Shown one piece after another: positions 18,130 to 22,870 of a stretch of 22,870 nt of DNA. The position numbers and the translations under genes are program-made. How positions within the stretch are numbered: position 1 is the first letter of the stretch; every line of letters starts with the position of its first letter. Origin of the DNA: Promethearchaeota archaeon (GTDB lineage: Archaea; Asgardarchaeota; Lokiarchaeia; Sigyniarchaeales; SOKP01); contig JABXKD010000061.1 of NCBI GenBank assembly GCA_013375475.1, forward strand, positions 1 to 22,870, written 5' to 3'. The notes below the pieces were generated by a model. That model did not search any database and was not told the DNA's origin. It saw nothing but the letters and a program-made list of their open reading frames with translations.

Positions 18130-18711
18130 TCATTTCATCATTTCTATAAACTTTTTTACTGCTTTTTGTATTTTTTTTTCGACATTCACCATAACAATGC
18201 CCTCAGGAATTGTTTTCTTTGAATCAGTTATTGGGGGTTGGCCATAAAACACTAAACTTTTTGTTCTTTCACTGAGGGGAATGCTAAGGACTAAGGGTAA
18301 TACAAGTAAATCTTCTTCACCCATAGTTATTTTGAGAAGAGTTACTTTATCAGAACTTACAATATCGTTTAAAAGGTTAAAACTCTCTCTCTGAATTCCT
18401 CCTTGAGGGTTTTCAAATTCTATGATCTCCTCGAAAAATTCTTCAGCTTCGATTTTAATTTGATCTCTTTGAGTTTTTTCATCAATTATGCAGAGTTTGA
18501 TGAATTTTTTTAGAAAATCTTTTGCAAGAAAATCTTGGGTAACAATATCTCCTACTAGGTAAATTTTAACTTCAAGATCTGATTTTAAAAAAGCTTTTAC
18601 CGCCTTTTCAACTTCAAGTATAGTCTTGTTTCTCGTCCCCGCATATAATTTCCCCAACGGTTGAGAAAACTTATGTCTCTCAGCCTCGGGAACTTTTAAA
18701 TTTTCATCCAT
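18130..18711 (-). CDS. DUF359 family GTP-dependent dephospho-CoA kinase
   Basis: PLGKL, VGDIVT, IIDEKTQR, NPQGGI, GEEDLLVLP, YGQP..EGIV motifs; usual position between spt4 and rps24e. Confidence 0.88.
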   Translation of the reverse strand: MDENLKVPEAERHKFSQPLGKLYAGTRNKTILEVEKAVKAFLKSDLEVKIYLVGDIVTQDFLAKDFLKKFIKLCIIDEKTQRDQIKIEAEEFFEEIIEFENPQGGIQRESFNLLNDIVSSDKVTLLKITMGEEDLLVLPLVLSIPLSERTKSLVFYGQPPITDSKKTIPEGIVMVNVEKKIQKAVKKFIEMMK

Positions 18712-18717
18712 CCAATC

Positions 18718-18933
18718 TCAATCCATTGTTGTTTTTTTTGCCTTAAAGTAAAGATTAACCGTTAAAATGAAAAGTGTTACCCATAAAAATAAACTTACAA
18801 TATACAAAGTAAAGTAAATACCTACTACTATATTCTCTAGTACTAGAAAGATAATAAACATAAAAATAAGTAACAGTATTTCAATAACCATCATGATTCT
18901 TGCTTTCATGAGATAATTTTTAAAATCAGTCAT
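18718..18933 (-). CDS. Small two-TM membrane protein, hypothetical
   Basis: 71 aa with two hydrophobic helices; ATG start; stop 6 nt before the DUF359 ATG, so likely co-transcribed. Confidence 0.6.
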   Translation of the reverse strand: MTDFKNYLMKARIMMVIEILLLIFMFIIFLVLENIVVGIYFTLYIVSLFLWVTLFILTVNLYFKAKKTTMD

Positions 18934-19049
18934 TTAATTATATTAAAAAACCAAAATTTTATTTTTTACTGTTCTTTAATCTTTTATAACTCAGAATTAT
19001 CTTTAAATTAACTGATTAACTGAGAAAAATCGTTGTAAGAAGGTTCGAA

Positions 19050-19409
19050 ATGTCGTTTACTATTGAAATATTAGAAGAAAAGAAAAATCCGTTAATAGAT
19101 CGAAACGAAATAAAATTTAGGATCGAGCATTTTAACGAAAGCACGCCAAATAGGTTAGAAATAAAGAAGAAAATTGCAGCACTGAAGAATTCTAACGAAA
19201 AATTTACTATCATTAGAAAAATTCAAACTCATTTTGGGGGTGCTTACGATGTAGGTTTAGCAAATATTTACGAGGATGCTAAAGAACTTCAATTCTACGA
19301 GCCTTTCCACATTCAAGTAAGAAACTTACCAATAAATACGCGATCAGAAATTTACAAACTAAAAAAAAGAAAAGAACCTTACTCGCACTTATTTGAATAC
19401 GAAAAATAA
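19050..19409 (+). CDS. rps24e: 30S ribosomal protein S24e (eS24)
   Basis: EEKKNPLIDRNEI.F.IEH..STPNR.EI...T.FG.....G.ANIY...EP.HI..RN. Confidence 0.95.
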   Translation: MSFTIEILEEKKNPLIDRNEIKFRIEHFNESTPNRLEIKKKIAALKNSNEKFTIIRKIQTHFGGAYDVGLANIYEDAKELQFYEPFHIQVRNLPINTRSEIYKLKKRKEPYSHLFEYEK

Positions 19410-19441
19410 AGTACAATAATTAATAATAAAAATGAAAACTT

Positions 19442-19663
19442 ATGACAAACGCATCCAAATATTATAAGGTTGAAGATGGAAAATTAGAAAGGACTCATAG
19501 AGCATGTCCAAAGTGCGGACCTTCGTTTTATCTCGCAGATCATTATGATAGATCATCTTGCGGAAAATGCGGTTACACTGTATTTAAGAGAAAAACCAAG
19601 AAGGGAGCCGCTACTGTTGCCCGAAGTAGAAGAGCACCCAGAAAGCGCACGAAGTCGACATAG
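19442..19663 (+). CDS. rps27ae: 30S ribosomal protein S27ae (eS31), not ubiquitin-fused, with basic C-terminal tail
   Basis: YYKVE.GKL.R..R.CPKCGP..LADH.DR..CGKCGYT. Confidence 0.95.
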   Translation: MTNASKYYKVEDGKLERTHRACPKCGPSFYLADHYDRSSCGKCGYTVFKRKTKKGAATVARSRRAPRKRTKST

Positions 19664-19675
19664 AATTAAAAAAAC

Positions 19676-19703
19676 ATTTCTCACTTTTTCACTGTTTTCT
19701 TTT
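19676..19703 (+). terminator. Putative T-rich archaeal terminator after rps27ae
   Basis: Successive T-tracts (TTTCTCACTTTTTCACTGTTTTCTTTT) just after the stop. Confidence 0.35.
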
Positions 19704-19747
19704 AACTCAATATATTATTAATGCTATATGGATTTTAGGTGAAATCT

Positions 19748-20770
19748 ATGAGTGTAAAAAACAAGCTTGCTCTTGGTATAGAATCCACAGCACATACTTG
19801 GAGTGTAGGTATTATTGATTTTAGTGGTAATGTTATTGGCCTCGCAAACGATATGTTTATCCCCGCGAAGGGAGGACTCCATCCTGTATTAGTGAGAGAA
19901 CAACACTTAAACAATTTTATGGGAATAATAAATAAGGCTTTATCAGAAGCTTCAATTTCAATTAGAGATATTGATTTAATCGCATTCAGTAAAAGTCCTG
20001 GTTTAGGGCCAATATTAAAAATTGGTGCTCAAGTTTCGAGATTGTTAAGTCAATTATTAAAAATACCCATTGTCGCTGTTAATCACTGTATTGCTCACAT
20101 AGAAATCGGGAGACTAATGTGCGAAATTGAAGACCCACTCACCTTATATGTGTCTGGGGGAAATACGATAATTAGTGCGTATGAATCTGGACGGTATCAA
20201 ATTTTCGGAGAAACTCTAGATATCCCTATTGGTAATTTAATTGATTCATTTGCGAGAGATATTGGAATGCCTCATCCCGGTGGACCAAAAGTCGAAAAAT
20301 TGGCCAAAGACTCGTCGAAATATTTATCCTTACCATATATTGTGAAAGGCATGGACTTATCATTTTCAGGGCTCTATACTGCTGCCAAAAGATTATTAGA
20401 ATCTAAAGATTATAACAAAAAATATGATTTGAGTGATGTGGCTAATTCACTTCAAGAAACTGCATTTGCTATGCTCACTGAAGTTACAGAGAGAGCTTTA
20501 GCTCACACGGGAAAAAAAGAAGTCTTATTAACCGGGGGTGTGGCTGCTAATAAAAGATTACAAGAAATGATCAAATACATTAGTAAGGAACATGGTGCTA
20601 GATATGAGGTCGTTCCGTTAAAATACTCTGGAGATAATGGCGCAATGATTGGATGGGCAGGAATTCTAAGATATAACGCTACAGGCGGGCATACCATATC
20701 AGATACTCAAATTAATCCCAAAGAAAGAATGGATCAAATTAGTATTCCTTGGAGAGAAGGTGGTGCTTAA
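19748..20770 (+). CDS. kae1: KEOPS N6-threonylcarbamoyladenosine synthase Kae1
   Basis: LGIESTAHT, GGLHP, SPGLGP, VNHCIAHIE, LYVSGGNT, GETLDI, VKGMDLSFSG, GGVAAN, DNGAMI. ATG at 19748 lies 5 nt after AGGTGA; the track's GTG at 19739 is inside that SD. Confidence 0.97.
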   Translation: MSVKNKLALGIESTAHTWSVGIIDFSGNVIGLANDMFIPAKGGLHPVLVREQHLNNFMGIINKALSEASISIRDIDLIAFSKSPGLGPILKIGAQVSRLLSQLLKIPIVAVNHCIAHIEIGRLMCEIEDPLTLYVSGGNTIISAYESGRYQIFGETLDIPIGNLIDSFARDIGMPHPGGPKVEKLAKDSSKYLSLPYIVKGMDLSFSGLYTAAKRLLESKDYNKKYDLSDVANSLQETAFAMLTEVTERALAHTGKKEVLLTGGVAANKRLQEMIKYISKEHGARYEVVPLKYSGDNGAMIGWAGILRYNATGGHTISDTQINPKERMDQISIPWREGGA

Positions 20771-21449
20771 AATAACATCCAACGATATAGTTATGGAAAA
20801 AGTTATTCATAAAGGCGCTGAAGCAAGTCTTATTTACGGTCATTGGTTTGGAAAGGAAGTTATATTTAAACATCGTATCCCCAAAGAATATCGTATAGAA
20901 CAAATTGATAAAAAGCTAAGGGATAATAGAACTCGAAACGAGGCTAAAGCATTGATAAGAGTTAAAAAATATGGTGTAAAAGTCCCTCAAGTTTATGAAA
21001 TTGACACTAAATCTTCAATCATTGTGATGAAGTATATTGAAGGCGAGAAATTAAAGGAAGCTTTAAATTCCATATCAAACGAGAAAAAGGTGCACTATTT
21101 AAAAGAATTAGGCAAAAACATTGCACTCTTACATAAAAATGGACATGTTCACGGGGATATCACTACAAGTAACGTAATTATAACAAATTCTCAAGATATT
21201 TTCATTATTGATTTTGGTCTTCACGATTATTCTGATTATATCGAAGATAAAAGCACTGATTTACACTTGTTTAAAAGAGTATTAATATCATCCCATGGAA
21301 ATGATTTTATTATATGCTTTGAAGCTTTTCTGGAAGGATATCGTGAAGGGTATGGAACGGATAAGATACATGAGTGTGAAGAAATTGTAAAAAATGTTTC
21401 AATTATCGAAACAAGAGGGCGCTACATTAAAAAGGAAGATAGAATTTAA
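20760..21449 (+). CDS. bud32: KEOPS kinase Bud32
   Basis: KGAEA, K.RIPK.YR...D..LR..RT..EA, HGDITTSN, IDFGL, EDKS.DLHL, RGRY; overlaps the kae1 end; exact start uncertain. Confidence 0.95.
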   Translation: MVLKITSNDIVMEKVIHKGAEASLIYGHWFGKEVIFKHRIPKEYRIEQIDKKLRDNRTRNEAKALIRVKKYGVKVPQVYEIDTKSSIIVMKYIEGEKLKEALNSISNEKKVHYLKELGKNIALLHKNGHVHGDITTSNVIITNSQDIFIIDFGLHDYSDYIEDKSTDLHLFKRVLISSHGNDFIICFEAFLEGYREGYGTDKIHECEEIVKNVSIIETRGRYIKKEDRI

Positions 21450-21725
21450 TTGAATTTAAAGTAAAATTTTTTCAATTGACCTTAAATTTTTGACATTAAT
21501 TGTTCATTTAATTGATAAAAACATCAAAATTATTTACATCTGGCTTAGAACTCTTTAAATGCTGCTAAAATCAGAGAGATAATTTTATATACAAGTTTAA
21601 CTTATATTTTATTATCAAAAAGTTGGAATTAGTTAAGGGCTAACAATAATAGATCGGTTGTACTATTACTTGATCCACCTTTCTGAACCTATAATTAAAA
21701 ATTAATAATTTTAGTGAGATTAAAA

Positions 21726-21926
21726 TTGCCGAATCCTAATAAAGAGAAGAAACCAGCAATGCAAAATATTACTATTAACATTCCTGATATATATGATGTT
21801 AACATTCAAAAACTCATCAAAATGAAAGTTGTTCCTAGTCGCTCAGAGGCAATTAGAACTGCCTTAAGGGAATTTTTTCGTACTGAATATGAACACTTAC
21901 AATTATTAGGATTTTTTGACGAGTAG
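21726..21926 (+). CDS. Ribbon-helix-helix (CopG/MetJ-like) transcriptional regulator
   Basis: MQNITINIP....IQKL......SRSEAIRTALREFF. Start likely TTG 21726; alternatives are GTG 21714 or the internal ATG. Confidence 0.85.
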   Translation: MPNPNKEKKPAMQNITINIPDIYDVNIQKLIKMKVVPSRSEAIRTALREFFRTEYEHLQLLGFFDE

Positions 21927-21947
21927 AACCAAAAAAAATTAAAATTA

Positions 21948-22193
21948 TTATCTTCGTTTTCGTATTTTTCTTGCTTCTCTTTCTACTTCTCTTAAGATAA
22001 CAATATCACTAACTTGAATGGGACCCTTAACATTTCTGGTTAAAATTCGGTTTCTATCCGGGCCTTCAAGGATTCTCACCTTAATTTGATTAATCTCGCC
22101 TGTTAAACCGGTTCTTCCAACTATCTGAATGACTTCAGCGGGAACTGAAAAATCCTGTTCGGTTTTTCCTTTTGATTTATCTATTTTTGCTAA
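21948..22193 (-). CDS. rps28e: 30S ribosomal protein S28e (eS28), 81 aa; inferred TTA start; not in ORF track
   Basis: Hand translation: (L/M)[80 protein letters not shown]. It has the eS28 motifs GRTG, RNVKGP and EREAR and lies directly after rpl7ae, as in other archaea. Confidence 0.95.
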   Translation of the reverse strand, partial: LAKIDKSKGKTEQDFSVPAEVIQIVGRTGLTGEINQIKVRILEGPDRNRILTRNVKGPIQVSDIVILREVEREARKIRKRR

Positions 22194-22199
22194 GGTTTT

Positions 22200-22204
22200 T
22201 CACC
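22200..22204 (-). promoter_or_regulatory. Shine-Dalgarno GGTGA for rps28e
   Basis: Minus strand GGTGA-AAAACC-TTA; same 6-nt spacing as at rpo7. Confidence 0.7.
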
Positions 22205-22210
22205 AGATAG

Positions 22211-22579
22211 TTATTTTATTGCAGCTACCTTCTTTATAATATCTTCTAATTCTCGATCGTTTCCAGTGCCCACATTTTCAATTGCGATTGCAGAAGAAGC
22301 AACATTGATGCGAGCTGAATTCCCTAATTCCTTTTTCGTTGAAACATAACAAAAAGGAATACTCTTTTCTTCGCAAAGTAATGGAATGTGAAATAAAATC
22401 TCGGGAGGGGTTACGTCTTCTGCCATAATAACCAGTTTTGCCAAACTTCTCTCGATTGATTTTGTAACCTCATTCATTCCTTTTCTAAGTTTAGAATCGC
22501 GGGTGGAAGCTACTTTATCTAAAAAACTCTTAATTCCGTTTTTTAGATCGTCCGGAATTTTAAATTTTATATAACTCAT
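22211..22579 (-). CDS. rpl7ae: 50S ribosomal protein L7Ae (eL8)
   Basis: MSYIKF..P...KLRKGMNEVTKSIER..AKLVIMAEDVTPPEI..HIPLLCEEK.IP...KKELG. ATG at 22579 preferred over the track's TTG at 22594. Confidence 0.96.
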   Translation of the reverse strand: MSYIKFKIPDDLKNGIKSFLDKVASTRDSKLRKGMNEVTKSIERSLAKLVIMAEDVTPPEILFHIPLLCEEKSIPFCYVSTKKELGNSARINVASSAIAIENVGTGNDRELEDIIKKVAAIK

Positions 22580-22870
22580 TTTTTCTCTTTCCAATATATT
22601 TGTTTTAATATATTATCACAAATCATCGATTTTTAATGTATTACTTAATTTAGGATATAAAATAAAATTTTTGATTTGAAGGTGTTATGATTTTTTTTAA
22701 ATCTATATTTAAGAAGAATGAGATATTCATCATGAAAAATTTATCAACCAAGAGCGAGAGAATAATGAAGAAAATATATATAATTTTTTGGAATATTACT
22801 GAATAATTTAGGAGATGAATTATAAAACAGAATAGTAATTTTTTAAGTTGATTCTTGGTTCAAAAGACTC

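Noticed and set aside
15844-20697. Track ORFs 15844-16197(-), 16396-16680(-), 16702-16899(-), 16909-17118(-), 19016-19213(-) and 20503-20697(-)
   Set aside because: Antisense shadows of the orphan ORF, LRR, rps24e and kae1
19748-21449. Kae1-Bud32 fusion split by frameshift
   Set aside because: Kae1 ends at the normal stand-alone C-terminus (PWR) and bud32 has its own GGAG and GTG; separate genes are common in archaea
22687-22806. 39-codon ORF MIFFKSIFKKNEIFIMKNLSTKSERIMKKIYIIFWNITE on the plus strand
   Set aside because: Short, AT-rich, no recognisable motif; cannot be distinguished from chance
1-22870. CRISPR arrays, tRNA/rRNA genes, transposases, integrases, DGR or defence systems
   Set aside because: No regularly spaced repeats, cloverleaf or GC-rich structural RNA, or corresponding protein motifs were seen by eye

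Overview
AT-rich (roughly 30% GC by eye) archaeal chromosome segment, very probably from an Asgard archaeon of Lokiarchaeia type. It carries a Rab-like small GTPase, two Roadblock/LC7 proteins and a stand-alone LRR protein next to archaeal core genes. The left part is metabolic: partial pepD, a heterodimeric ABC exporter, a GH3 glucosidase, M28 and M20 peptidases, a HAD-IIA phosphatase and a dolichol/phytol-kinase-like protein. The right part is the conserved archaeal block rpo7-spt4-(DUF359, inverted here)-rps24e-rps27ae-kae1-bud32, followed by an RHH regulator and rpl7ae-rps28e on the minus strand. The most striking signal is that two essential genes appear to lack a canonical start codon. 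rpo7 seems to start at ATC (17260) and rps28e, which the ORF track misses, at TTA (22193). Each codon lies exactly 6 nt after a GGTGA Shine-Dalgarno motif whose TGA is an in-frame stop. Also notable are a ~620-bp insert-like segment (15571-16207) bounded by a 16/17-bp direct repeat and holding two outward-facing gene ends, and an M20 peptidase with substituted metal ligands.
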